This document shows positions 27,469 through 37,222 of a stretch of 64,000 nt of DNA, piece after piece. The first letter of the stretch is position 1. The number at the start of each line of letters is the position of its first letter. A program made the translations under genes and the position numbers. This DNA is from Candidatus Obscuribacteraceae bacterium. GTDB lineage: Bacteria; Cyanobacteriota; Vampirovibrionia; Obscuribacterales; Obscuribacteraceae. The notes beneath the pieces are model-generated. The model had not been told where the DNA came from. It did no database searches and was given only the letters and a program-made list of their open reading frames with translations. Where the stretch lies: NCBI GenBank assembly GCA_044226015.1, contig JBGAHS010000008.1, positions 64,001 through 128,000 of the forward strand, given 5' to 3'.

Positions 27469-29217
27469 TCACTTGTTGATTGTACTAGCTGGGCTCGCGC
27501 TTGGCAGCCTCTTGTTTTCACGAATCAGCAGAGCGAGACGTCTGATCTTCGCCCCATAGTATGAATCGCTTTCGTACTGTGTCAATGTCATTGCCAAGCG
27601 CCGCGACCAGTTCCCTACATCTGCTGTACCCGGAACGTTGAATTGTTCATTGCTGCCAAGAATATCTGGAATCATAAAAATTGCCATCCAGCACGGCATT
27701 TCGAGCAATACCTCTTCAAATTTCTCATGCAGCTCATCAGTGAATTCGGTCGGAGGGTCATTTTTATCTAAACCTAAAAAGACCATCAGCCTTTGAACAT
27801 CCAACCAGGCAGAATGCCCATCATCACCATGCCAACGCTTGCAAAGGTCTTCGTAGTAGAGGCGCAGAGGCATATGGTCGTGTGTACCATAAGTAGCCAA
27901 GTTCAATGGATGATGCTCTTCTGGCTTTATGAATGATTGGTCCTTTTCATTCCTTTCAAAAATAGGAATTGCAAAGCCCGGGATACCGAGCTTTTTCAAG
28001 ATTGGCCGCACATAGGGTGGAACCATTCCAAGATCTTCTGCAACGACTCCTTCCTTACCAGCCGCGTCGAGAATCATTTTGAGTAACGCTTCGCCATCGG
28101 CGGCATTCAGCTTGCCGAGCTTTTCTGGATAGTCTTCACGGGGAATGAAATGAGGCAACTTTCCTTTCGTCAACTCCTCGGCTTCTTCTTCCGTCAGGTC
28201 GACAAATTCCCAGTTGCGTTCGGGAATCCACGGGAAGCCATAGATTCGGAAAAATCCCAGGACGTGATCAATCCTAAAATAATGGAATATTCCTGTGAGT
28301 TTTTGAACGCGTTGACGCCACCACCGGTAGTTCTCTTTCTTGTGCGCTTTCCAATCATAGAGCGGAATGCCCCAATTTTGTCCCCAATTTTTTGTGAACT
28401 TGTCTCCCTGGAAGAGGGGCTCAGGTGGCGCACCTCCGGACCATTCGAGATCAAATAAGTTTCGCTCGGACCACACATCACTACTGTAACGACTGACACC
28501 AAATGGAATATCACCCATTAGGGAAACAGATTTCTCATCAGCGTATTTGCGAACCTCAAGCCATTGCTTGAAAGCCAGCCATTGAACATAACCATGGAAA
28601 CGTCTATCGTCCAACAACTTCTCTTTCACCTGCGAAATTTTCAGAAATTGTTGAGCGCTTTCAAAGCTTTGATGTTCCTTCGGCCATTGAGTCCAACAAG
28701 CATTTCCACCATGCAAATCAATGAATGAGCGAAATAGAGTATAAGCTTCGAGCCAGCCTTGTTCAGCCTTTTCAAAGGCTAAAAAGTCCTGAACTTCGGC
28801 GTCAGTTTTTGCACCGGCGTCAGCAAGTTTTTTCTTGAAATTTGTCCATGAATTTCGCAACAAATCCAACTTCAATTTTTTCACAACCTGATAGCGAACG
28901 AAATTAAAATCGGATTCCTTTATTCCGCTCTGATCCACGAGCCACTCATAATCTTCCTTCAGCAAACAAGGAATTTTTCCAGGCTCAACTGTAAGCAAAA
29001 CAGGGTCGAGCGCAACAGAACTAATCGCGCCATAGGGGCTGTTATCGCCACCAGTTTCATTTATTGGCAGAACCTGCAAAATAGTCAAATTGTTTCGTGC
29101 ACAGAAATCGATTGATTCTTTGACAGCCTCTGTGTCGCCAATTCCAAGGTCACCATTTCTTCGCATAGCGAATACTGGTATCAAAACACCTGCGCCTTTT
29201 TTCTTTGGATCGATCAC
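27469..29217 (-). CDS. malQ: 4-alpha-glucanotransferase (amylomaltase, GH77)
   Basis: QVLPINETG.DNSPY, LMGDIPFGV, GQNWGIPLY, FRIDHVLGFFR, VAEDLG, GTHD, NVPGT..NWS.R. Confidence 0.95.
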   Translation of the reverse strand: MIDPKKKGAGVLIPVFAMRRNGDLGIGDTEAVKESIDFCARNNLTILQVLPINETGGDNSPYGAISSVALDPVLLTVEPGKIPCLLKEDYEWLVDQSGIKESDFNFVRYQVVKKLKLDLLRNSWTNFKKKLADAGAKTDAEVQDFLAFEKAEQGWLEAYTLFRSFIDLHGGNACWTQWPKEHQSFESAQQFLKISQVKEKLLDDRRFHGYVQWLAFKQWLEVRKYADEKSVSLMGDIPFGVSRYSSDVWSERNLFDLEWSGGAPPEPLFQGDKFTKNWGQNWGIPLYDWKAHKKENYRWWRQRVQKLTGIFHYFRIDHVLGFFRIYGFPWIPERNWEFVDLTEEEAEELTKGKLPHFIPREDYPEKLGKLNAADGEALLKMILDAAGKEGVVAEDLGMVPPYVRPILKKLGIPGFAIPIFERNEKDQSFIKPEEHHPLNLATYGTHDHMPLRLYYEDLCKRWHGDDGHSAWLDVQRLMVFLGLDKNDPPTEFTDELHEKFEEVLLEMPCWMAIFMIPDILGSNEQFNVPGTADVGNWSRRLAMTLTQYESDSYYGAKIRRLALLIRENKRLPSASPASTINK

Positions 29218-29256
29218 GATAATTTCCTCTAGCTGGTAGGAACTCGCAGAAGCGAA

Positions 29257-30555
29257 CTAGTTGATACCCAGTCGCTCGAACACTTGATTCAAGTTACGCA
29301 GATAATGTTCAGGGTCAAAACACTCCTCAATTTCGCGCTTCTCTAAAAGTCCGGTTACTCGCTCATCGGAGAGAAGGTTAGCGCGGAAATTTCCCGCATC
29401 ATTGTTCCATGCTTGCATCGCATTTGATTGCACAACACGGTACGCATCTTCTCTGCTCATGCCTTTCTCAACCATTTTCAACATCACAGCCTGTGAGAAA
29501 ATCACGCCACCATATCTATCCATATTTCGTCGCATGTTTTCCGGATAAACAACCAGCCCTGCTACTATTTTGGTAAATCTTGCAAGCATGTAATCAACCA
29601 AAATGCATGAGTCAGGCAGAATTATTCTTTCGACAGAACTATGTGAGATGTCGCGCTCATGCCAGAGCGGAATGTTTTCCATCGCTGCAATTGCATTGCC
29701 ACGAAGAACACGAGCAAGCCCCGTAATATTTTCGCTGCCGACAGGGTTGCGTTTGTGCGGCATAGCAGAGCTGCCCTTTTGCCCATGAGAGAAAGGCTCT
29801 TCCGCTTCAAGAACATCAGTGCGTTGAAGGTGGCGAATTTCCACTGCAAATTTTTCAAGGCTAGTTCCTATCATAGCTAGGGACCAGATGAACTGAGCAT
29901 GACGATCGCGTTGAATAATTTGAGTAGAAATTGGGGCTGGTGTGAGCCCGAGCAGATTACAGGTTAGACGCTCAACCTCTGGGTCAATATTGGAGTAGGT
30001 TCCGACAGCACCACTAAATTGTCCTACCGAAATCATCTCGATTGCATCGTCAAAGCGTTTTTGCTGGCGCTTAACTTCCTCAAGCCACACCGCAAGCTTG
30101 AATCCAAAAGTAGTCGGCTCAGCGTGAATACCATGCGAACGACCTACAGTAACGGTCTCTTTATGCTTATGAGCTTGTTCCTTAATTGCGTCGTGGAGCT
30201 CTTGCAAATCTTTTTTGATTATTTGCGCAGCTCGAAGCATTTGCAATGCAAGCGCAGTATCGATTACGTCTGAACTGGTCAAACCAAGGTGCACAAATCG
30301 CGAATTCTCGCCCACTTTTTCAGCCACACTAGTCAAGAAAGCAATGACATCGTGCTTGACCTCTAGTTCAATTTCGTCAATTCTTTTGACATCAAAGCCA
30401 GCTTTCTTTTTAATGTCTTCAAGCGCTTCTTTTGGTATTCGCCCTAATTGGCACTGAGCCTCACAAACTGCAATTTCCACGTCAAGGAAAGTCTGAAATT
30501 TCGCTTCATCTGTCCACAAAGCAGCCATTTCAGGCCGCGTGTATCTGCTGATCAC
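29257..30555 (-). CDS. purB: Adenylosuccinate lyase
   Basis: ISRYTRPEM, KHDVIAF, HLGLTSSD, GRSHGIHAEP, GSSAMPHKRNP, WHERDISHSSVER. GTG 30555 has an AGGAG RBS; the track ORF starts at 30621. Confidence 0.97.
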   Translation of the reverse strand: MISRYTRPEMAALWTDEAKFQTFLDVEIAVCEAQCQLGRIPKEALEDIKKKAGFDVKRIDEIELEVKHDVIAFLTSVAEKVGENSRFVHLGLTSSDVIDTALALQMLRAAQIIKKDLQELHDAIKEQAHKHKETVTVGRSHGIHAEPTTFGFKLAVWLEEVKRQQKRFDDAIEMISVGQFSGAVGTYSNIDPEVERLTCNLLGLTPAPISTQIIQRDRHAQFIWSLAMIGTSLEKFAVEIRHLQRTDVLEAEEPFSHGQKGSSAMPHKRNPVGSENITGLARVLRGNAIAAMENIPLWHERDISHSSVERIILPDSCILVDYMLARFTKIVAGLVVYPENMRRNMDRYGGVIFSQAVMLKMVEKGMSREDAYRVVQSNAMQAWNNDAGNFRANLLSDERVTGLLEKREIEECFDPEHYLRNLNQVFERLGIN

Positions 30556-30768
30556 GTTAAGATCTCCTAACTTATGCTTGCAACTGGGTTCTGAGTGCCA
30601 CAACGCGCTGGCGACATTCACCGCCTGTATTGTACCTGAGCGACTGGCGAGCTAGAGATTTGCGTTCTTGTAAGGTAGCAAATCTATAACTTGCTGGAAC
30701 TGATCGCCGGGATAGGATGATGGCAAGGGTTTAAAATGATGAACATCTCAAATCAAGGTGCATCGCAA

Positions 30769-31674
30769 ATGAAAATTCTGCTTCCGATGGATATGGCAAA
30801 TCCGGTCGACAAAATTATCGAACAGATGTCTGCAATTCTTCCGACTGCACAACATTCCGTTCATTGTTTGTTCGTTAACGAAGCCTGGCCCTCATACGAA
30901 AACGTGCTTGGCGCTCAGGGACAGTTTGCTGATGATTGGCGCAAAATCGTTGAGGACAAGGCACAGGGCAAATTGAATGAAGCCGAATCTTTGCTCAAGG
31001 GAAAATGTGCCAGCGTAAGCAAAGAGATAGTCTCGGGTCCGCCAGCAATGATGATTGAAACAGTGGCACGCGATGAGAATTGTGACGTGATAGTCATGAT
31101 GCCAGGCAAACACCCTAAATACGAAGAGATTTTTCAGGGCAGCGTCACTGCAAATGTAGCGAAACATGGTCCTGGAACCATCCTGATCATTCGCAATAAA
31201 ACCACATTCCCTGCAGATTTGAAAACGGTCATCATCGGTGTTGATGGTTCGTCAAATGCGCTTGAAGCCATGATGCGAGCAGTGGAAATATTCCAACTTG
31301 CAGAACGGAAAGTCAAAGTGATTCTCTTCAATTCCGCCGATGTTGCCGACCCTATCAAATATATAAGCCCTGTTGAGTTCATTTCACGTGTGGAACAAAA
31401 CCTAGTCCTTGAAGGCGAAACATACCTTGCTGACGCGAAGCGAGTTCTAGCAGATGCCGGTATCACCAATACAGAAATGGTGCAAAAAACAGGCAAACCT
31501 GCCCATGAACTTGTCGAACTCGCAAAAGAGCGAAACGCTGACCTCATCGTAGTTGGTGCAGAAGGCAGAACTGCAGTCCAGCATTTCCTACTGGGTAGTG
31601 TCTCTCACCGCATTGCGATGCAGTCACCATGTGCGGTGGCAATTATGAAGAAACAAAATAAGCCGAAATCTTGA
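30769..31674 (+). CDS. Tandem-domain universal stress protein
   Basis: Two USP repeats: MKILLPMD...GSVTANVAKH and IIGVDGS...GKPAHEL..ADLIVVGAEG..LGSVSHRI. Track start is 30736. Confidence 0.9.
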   Translation: MKILLPMDMANPVDKIIEQMSAILPTAQHSVHCLFVNEAWPSYENVLGAQGQFADDWRKIVEDKAQGKLNEAESLLKGKCASVSKEIVSGPPAMMIETVARDENCDVIVMMPGKHPKYEEIFQGSVTANVAKHGPGTILIIRNKTTFPADLKTVIIGVDGSSNALEAMMRAVEIFQLAERKVKVILFNSADVADPIKYISPVEFISRVEQNLVLEGETYLADAKRVLADAGITNTEMVQKTGKPAHELVELAKERNADLIVVGAEGRTAVQHFLLGSVSHRIAMQSPCAVAIMKKQNKPKS

Positions 31675-31703
31675 TTTCAAATCCGCAGTAAGAGGCATCA
31701 GAC

Positions 31704-32771
31704 ATGACCAGAGCATCAGGCAGTTTTAGTTTACGGCTGCTGTTTTCGCTTGCAACTTTGCTAGCTTCGACAACACCCTCCGTGTATGGGCAAATTGACG
31801 ACGCCGCAGACTTGCATACACAGCAAGCTCAAGAGAAACACGAGCTTGGCGACATGCAAAAGGAAATCGACGACATCAAAAACAGTATGCAAAATACGAT
31901 GAAGGAGATGTCCAAGGTCCACTCGATGATGACCTCCGGTGCTCAAAGCAAAGAAATTCGCTTACAAGCAAAAGACGCTATGTGGGAAGCATTTCCAGGC
32001 TGTTTCGTTAATGGACTTTGCTATAACAACACAACCCCCGGACCAGCAATACGAGTCGCGGAAGGCGATCAGGTGAAGATTACAGTTCAAAACGCCATGT
32101 CGACACCGACGAGTCTTTATATACAAGGAATGCAATTGCCACATAAAGTCGATGGTTTACCCCGCAAAGGAAGCGGCTTAATTGGACCGGGAGAGTCTTT
32201 TACCTACCAGTTTGTGGCAGGACAACCAGGTACTTATTACTATCGCCCGCACGTCCCCCACTTAGATCAGCTCCAGAAAGGTTTGGTGGGCGCATTAATA
32301 GTTGAGCCCAAGCACATGCCAAAAACCTACGAGGTTGACCACGTCTTGATACTTACTCAAGCGCACTCCGGACAGATAACACGCAAACCAGCAAGCCCGA
32401 ATAAGTCGAGTAATCTTTTCCTGGTGAATGGCAAATCGGCTCAGGCAATCGCACCTATGGAAGTTAAAAACGGTGAGCGCGTAAGACTTCGGGTCATCAA
32501 CGCAAGTCCGGAATCATGTACTTTCACGTTGACTGGACATAAATTGGAAATAGTTGCACAAAACGGTTCTGACTCAACAGAACCACACACCACACGCGAC
32601 ACCATCACTATTAACAGTGGTGAGCGCATGGACATTGAATTCACTGCAGATAACCCTGGGGTGTGGTCGCTATCATCATTGAATGCTTCCCAAACAACTT
32701 TCAATGGACAGTTTCCCGGCGGTTTCGCCATGGTGGTCCGCTATCCAGACAATATGAGATCGGGCGAATAG
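31704..32771 (+). CDS. Secreted two-domain multicopper-oxidase-fold protein with degenerate copper sites
   Basis: Signal peptide; YN..TPGPAIRVAEGD, VDG, IGPGESFTYQF, GLVGALIV, VNGK, GERVRLRVIN, RDTITINSGERMD, ADNPGVW. Confidence 0.85.
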   Translation: MTRASGSFSLRLLFSLATLLASTTPSVYGQIDDAADLHTQQAQEKHELGDMQKEIDDIKNSMQNTMKEMSKVHSMMTSGAQSKEIRLQAKDAMWEAFPGCFVNGLCYNNTTPGPAIRVAEGDQVKITVQNAMSTPTSLYIQGMQLPHKVDGLPRKGSGLIGPGESFTYQFVAGQPGTYYYRPHVPHLDQLQKGLVGALIVEPKHMPKTYEVDHVLILTQAHSGQITRKPASPNKSSNLFLVNGKSAQAIAPMEVKNGERVRLRVINASPESCTFTLTGHKLEIVAQNGSDSTEPHTTRDTITINSGERMDIEFTADNPGVWSLSSLNASQTTFNGQFPGGFAMVVRYPDNMRSGE

Positions 32772-32876
32772 GAACTCGCAAACACAATCTCGCAAGCTGT
32801 TCAGTGTTAGATAAATAGAATCGGGTAACCAGAGCCGCGCGATCTGAATCTCGCAATTTCTTTGTCGATCAAAGAA

Positions 32877-33023
32877 TTGGAATCTCGCAAGAATCGCATT
32901 AGGAGCTGCCCGAATCGCGTTGGAATCTGGCAAGAATCGCATTAGGATCTCGCCGGAATCGAATCAGGATCTCGCGATAATCTATTGGATCCGCCAAAAC
33001 CGCGTCAGGACCTGGACCGAATG
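32877..33023. repeat. Degenerate ~21-22-bp tandem repeat (about 7 units)
   Basis: TTGGAATCT(C/G)GCAAGAATCGCATTAGGA at 32877-32904 and 32920-32947, followed by decaying TYAGGATCTCGC-type units. Partial ATCTCGCAA copies lie upstream. Confidence 0.8.
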
Positions 33024-33031
33024 ATGACCCG

Positions 33032-33337
33032 CTAAAGCTGGTTTCCAAGTTTTTGCAATTGCTTATTTACGCGCTCGCGACTCAGTCCAGTATGATCACA
33101 AAAAGCATTCCAGCCAACATTTATAACTTGCTCCCAATTATCTAAAAATAGCTGCTGGTTTAAGAAGCCGAGCCCCTGCTCTAGCGAATAGTCAGCTATT
33201 ACAGCTTTGGCCATATCATGTTGCACCATATGCTGAACATCGAACCATTGATTTTCAACAGCCAACTCGAAAAGTGTCTGCAAAAATTCCTGCTGCCTGT
33301 AATGCTCTTCGGCAATTTCTTTGAGTCTCTCATCCAT
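33032..33337 (-). CDS. Small hypothetical protein
   Basis: Protein-like helical sequence from MDERLKEIAEE, including WFDVQHMVQHDMAKA. The longer track start (33496) overlaps the divergent ORF. Confidence 0.7.
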   Translation of the reverse strand: MDERLKEIAEEHYRQQEFLQTLFELAVENQWFDVQHMVQHDMAKAVIADYSLEQGLGFLNQQLFLDNWEQVINVGWNAFCDHTGLSRERVNKQLQKLGNQL

Positions 33338-33406
33338 CAGCGGCGTATCCGATTTAAGAGTTTGGTAGTCCAGCGCAACAGGGCATGTAACTGTTAGACT
33401 AAGCAT

Positions 33407-35080
33407 GTGCTTACAATAAAGGTAACACAAAACCAGGAAAACGAGCAGTCTAATCCGATGATTTCGAACGAGAGAGAATTGAAAACGAGCACTCAAAGTA
33501 CAAGTACGGTATCAGCAAATGCTGGCATCCACTTTGCTTGCAAGCTGGTGCCAGCCCTAATTTTGCTCGCGGCGCTTTCGATGGGAATGGTGCAGGCGCA
33601 AGACAGCTTTCAAGGAATGGTGAGCGACCTCGAAGGCATGGAGCGCCAATTACAAACGCCGAGCAATCCTGCGGCATCGCTTGTTCAACGATTGACAAAT
33701 ATGGAGATGCACCTCTTTGGCGCCCAGAAGACTGGCTCTATGATTGATAGATTGAATGCTCTAAAAGCCGCGATGCCACAACAGGGAAATCAATTCCGGA
33801 ACAGCGGGCCGATCCAAAATAGCAATCAAATTCCCAACGGTGGCAATCAATTTCAAAACGGGAATCAGAATCAGTCCAACTCTGGATTTAGTCAAAGCCA
33901 ACAATTCGCACCAGGCTCAAATCAAGAGCGTTCGTCCGGTGCAATGCCAAACAACTTCAACCATCCTAACTCCACAAATATTGAAAACAACAAATTTCAC
34001 GAGAACCTGAATGCAGGAGAGGGCTGGATACCCGGCTCAAACAACGTGACAGGTGTTAATACTTTTCATGGCGGAAGAATGGAAGCTCCGACTCCGCCGC
34101 AACAATCTTCGATGCCCAGCAACGCAATGGCACCAAATATGACACCAGCACCGGTAAAAGGATGGCAAGCTGGGGTGATGAGCAAGCAGGAGAAAAAGCA
34201 TCCGAAGCAGTCTTCATCTGGAAAACAAAGCAAGAAAGAAGATGATACTTTTCCAGCTACGGCGGACTCAAGGACAATGCCGCAAGGAGGCAATTTCCAA
34301 CCAGCTAATTTACCTCAGGGCTCGCAACCTCTCGTGTCAACTCCGCTTCCCGTACCAGGCGCTGGGTTGATAAAAAAGAACTATTCACCAGATGCACTGC
34401 CGCTGTTAAATGGATTCCCTCCCAACCTGGTGAGGATGGACCCAGACAACACGGCACTAATTGCACGACCAGATTATTATGATGAGGTGCACAAAGCAAG
34501 CAAAGGCAAGAATATAAGGTACAAGAATCTGCCGGTGCCGGTGTACATCCAGCCTTTTCCTGATAAGGCTTTTGTTAATTGCGTACTCCGAGCTTTCGAG
34601 TCCTGGGAGATGCGCACCAATGGAGTGATCAAATTCGTTCAAACAGACAACCCTAATCAGGCGAGAATACAAGTCGTTTGGAAGCACCTGGGCGGCAATC
34701 GTGATGGAAGCGGATGTTTACTTGGCGCACATACAATATTGAAATACACAAACAATGGCAACGGAAATCTCTCAATCATGAATGTCGGAGCGGTACCTGT
34801 GCCCATCTACATTCCGCGGCTTGGACCCAAATACACCGTGCCACCACAGGTAATGGAAGTCAACCTTGATTTGATCAATGTAAAAGAGCAAAGCGTTAAG
34901 TATCCCTGCTTGCAAAACATAGTTACTCACGAGCTCGGTCACGCACTGGGAATGCTAGGACATAGTCCAAATCAGACTGATATCATGTATCCAGTAACCG
35001 ATGAGCATTCCAGGCTGAGCCAGCGAGACATAAATACCGTCATCAAGTTGTACAATCAAAAGTGCGAAATGCCCCTTTAG
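33407..35080 (+). CDS. Matrixin-like (metzincin) zinc metalloprotease with long low-complexity linker
   Basis: HELGHALGMLGHS zinc motif, DIMYP Met-turn, LSQRDINT. Signal-like hydrophobic segment. Start uncertain (33458 plausible). Confidence 0.88.
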   Translation: MLTIKVTQNQENEQSNPMISNERELKTSTQSTSTVSANAGIHFACKLVPALILLAALSMGMVQAQDSFQGMVSDLEGMERQLQTPSNPAASLVQRLTNMEMHLFGAQKTGSMIDRLNALKAAMPQQGNQFRNSGPIQNSNQIPNGGNQFQNGNQNQSNSGFSQSQQFAPGSNQERSSGAMPNNFNHPNSTNIENNKFHENLNAGEGWIPGSNNVTGVNTFHGGRMEAPTPPQQSSMPSNAMAPNMTPAPVKGWQAGVMSKQEKKHPKQSSSGKQSKKEDDTFPATADSRTMPQGGNFQPANLPQGSQPLVSTPLPVPGAGLIKKNYSPDALPLLNGFPPNLVRMDPDNTALIARPDYYDEVHKASKGKNIRYKNLPVPVYIQPFPDKAFVNCVLRAFESWEMRTNGVIKFVQTDNPNQARIQVVWKHLGGNRDGSGCLLGAHTILKYTNNGNGNLSIMNVGAVPVPIYIPRLGPKYTVPPQVMEVNLDLINVKEQSVKYPCLQNIVTHELGHALGMLGHSPNQTDIMYPVTDEHSRLSQRDINTVIKLYNQKCEMPL

Positions 35081-35367
35081 TGTCCCACTCGCCGAAAGTC
35101 TGAAAACGAGACCTGCACTGAGCTTCGTTGATGAAAGAAGCCTAGCACTTTAAGCAGCCAAGCACTTTAAATTGACTGACCAGCCTGGTATCTGCCCATT
35201 ATCAACGGAATAGATTTGAAAAGCTCTGAAGTCAGGTGCTTTGAGCCAATGTAGACTCCAGAAGTCTGCTAAAATCTTCTCACCCTTGCGCTCACTGATT
35301 TCTTTGCTCCTAATCATTGCAATTGACTTCAGCACTTGCTCCAACGCACCGATCGAATCAGCACCAG

Positions 35368-36927
35368 ATGGACCCTACAGAAGCAAACCCTATTCATATA
35401 GATACAATGATTGCACTATTATTGGTGGCTTCGGCCACCGCAGTGATAATCAAATGGGTACGCGTTCCGTATGCAGTGGCACTCGTCATCGCGGGTCTGG
35501 CAATAGGCTTGTCGAAGGTCCTTCAACCGGTCTCCATGACTCCAGACCTCGTACTACTTATATTCCTTCCAGCTCTCCTTTTTGAAGCTTCCTGGAACCT
35601 CGACATCAAAGCACTCCGCAGAGATTGGCTCAGCATCAGTATTCTGGCAACCATTGGTGTAGCAGTCTGCATGTTTGGTGTCGCAGCAATATTACACTTC
35701 GCTGGCGGCATGAGCACAGCAACCGCACTTTTGTTCGGCGCAATGGTATCAGCAACAGACCCAGTGTCGGTAATAGCACTATTTCGGCAGATGGGCATCG
35801 ACAAACGGCTAACCATGATAATCGAAGGAGAAAGCCTTTTTAACGACGGCACAGCAGTCGTTGCTTTCAAAATAGTACTTGCGATTTTGCTTTCCGGCGC
35901 TAAATTTTCAGCACTTGGCACAGGTGGCAACTTTCTTCTAGTCGTGTTTGGTGGAGCATTCTTGGGAAGTGTCCTCGGATATATCGCCTCAAAAATAACC
36001 AGCGCTTTCGAAGATCACTTGCTCGAAATTACATTGACCATGGTGACAGCATATGGTGCTTTCTTGCTGGCAGAATATTTTCACGTGTCTCCTGTAATCG
36101 CAGTTGTCGCAGCAGGCATAGTTGTAGGCAACTACGGGAGCCGCACAGGAATGTCTGCCACCACCCGACTGGCAGTCAACTCCTTCTGGGAATACGCATC
36201 GTTTCTCGTAAACTCGCTGCTTTTTCTCTTGATTGGATTACAAATACAAACTCCATTAATCCTCAAACATGCACAGAACATAGGACTGGCAGTGTTGGCT
36301 GTGGTTGCCTCACGCATGGTAGTCGTGTACGGGCTCTGCCCGTTTATCTCATCAAAGAAGCTGCCGATTCCAGATAAGTGGCGGCACCTGATGTTCTGGG
36401 GTGGCTTGCGCGGCGCGCTCGTAATGGCACTAGCACTCAGCCTTCCCCTCAGCTTTCCAGACCGCGAAGTGATCATAAATATGACATTTGGTGTTGTGCT
36501 CTTTACCCTACTTGTACCAGGCTTGACCATGGAGCCTCTCGTAAGAGTTCTGGGCATGGCGCCAAGCAAAGAGCGACTGGGCAAGTACAAAGAAAACAAA
36601 GCAATTATCATGGCTTACGAGAACGAACTCCAGGTAATCGACAAACTCTATGATGAAAAGCGAATCTCAGAAACAGCCTTCAACAGCTGGAAAGAGCAGA
36701 TAAAGCATTCAATCGGTCGCGCCAGGCAGACTATCGATGACTTGCAAGTATCGGATGCTTCTCTGGGTGAATATCAAGATCAACAAGCAAGAATATATCT
36801 ACTTCACACACGAAGAGATAACCTTACAAAACTTGTCAAAGATGGGATTTTGCCTGAGGGCGCGGTTCACCATCTTTATCTTGATATAGACAGCGAACTG
36901 GAAGAGCTTGCCGAAGGCAGCCACTAA
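35368..36927 (+). CDS. CPA1-family Na+/H+ antiporter
   Basis: FLPALLFEA, SATDPVSV, IEGESLFNDG, FWEY, WGGLRGA. Track start is 35317. Confidence 0.93.
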   Translation: MDPTEANPIHIDTMIALLLVASATAVIIKWVRVPYAVALVIAGLAIGLSKVLQPVSMTPDLVLLIFLPALLFEASWNLDIKALRRDWLSISILATIGVAVCMFGVAAILHFAGGMSTATALLFGAMVSATDPVSVIALFRQMGIDKRLTMIIEGESLFNDGTAVVAFKIVLAILLSGAKFSALGTGGNFLLVVFGGAFLGSVLGYIASKITSAFEDHLLEITLTMVTAYGAFLLAEYFHVSPVIAVVAAGIVVGNYGSRTGMSATTRLAVNSFWEYASFLVNSLLFLLIGLQIQTPLILKHAQNIGLAVLAVVASRMVVVYGLCPFISSKKLPIPDKWRHLMFWGGLRGALVMALALSLPLSFPDREVIINMTFGVVLFTLLVPGLTMEPLVRVLGMAPSKERLGKYKENKAIIMAYENELQVIDKLYDEKRISETAFNSWKEQIKHSIGRARQTIDDLQVSDASLGEYQDQQARIYLLHTRRDNLTKLVKDGILPEGAVHHLYLDIDSELEELAEGSH

Positions 36928-37222
36928 TTCGTTATTCCGTCATATTTGAAATGCGATTTAATGGGATATCGAACGCAATCTCAAACACAAGATGCATACC
37001 TAACGGCTCTGAACCCTGGGGAGTGGACTGTTATCCTGGCGGCATCGGGATCTAAATTCTGATCACAGCGAGCTGCAAGCCCCCGCTTGAATACCCGCTT
37101 AATCCTTCACAACTCATTGAACTTGTAGCGCGAGCACTCTCCGGCTGCGATAATTACCCAAGTCGGATGGCTTCACACGACAATTAGCCAGAAGCCGACA
37201 ACCTGGAGGTCTCGACGAAGGA

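Noticed and set aside
32877..33023. CRISPR array (also considered for 26458-26543 and 9153-9193)
   Set aside because: Units are degenerate and adjacent or only two in number, intervening sequences are 15 nt or less, and no cas genes are present.
11580..35080. Emfourin-like protein as inhibitor of the metalloprotease at 33407
   Set aside because: That protease is a secreted metzincin rather than an M4 enzyme, and it lies more than 20 kb away.
37172..37199. Riboswitch upstream of the GHL10 gene (GTCGG/CCGAC and TGGCT/AGCCA pairing)
   Set aside because: A single modest hairpin with no recognisable aptamer consensus.
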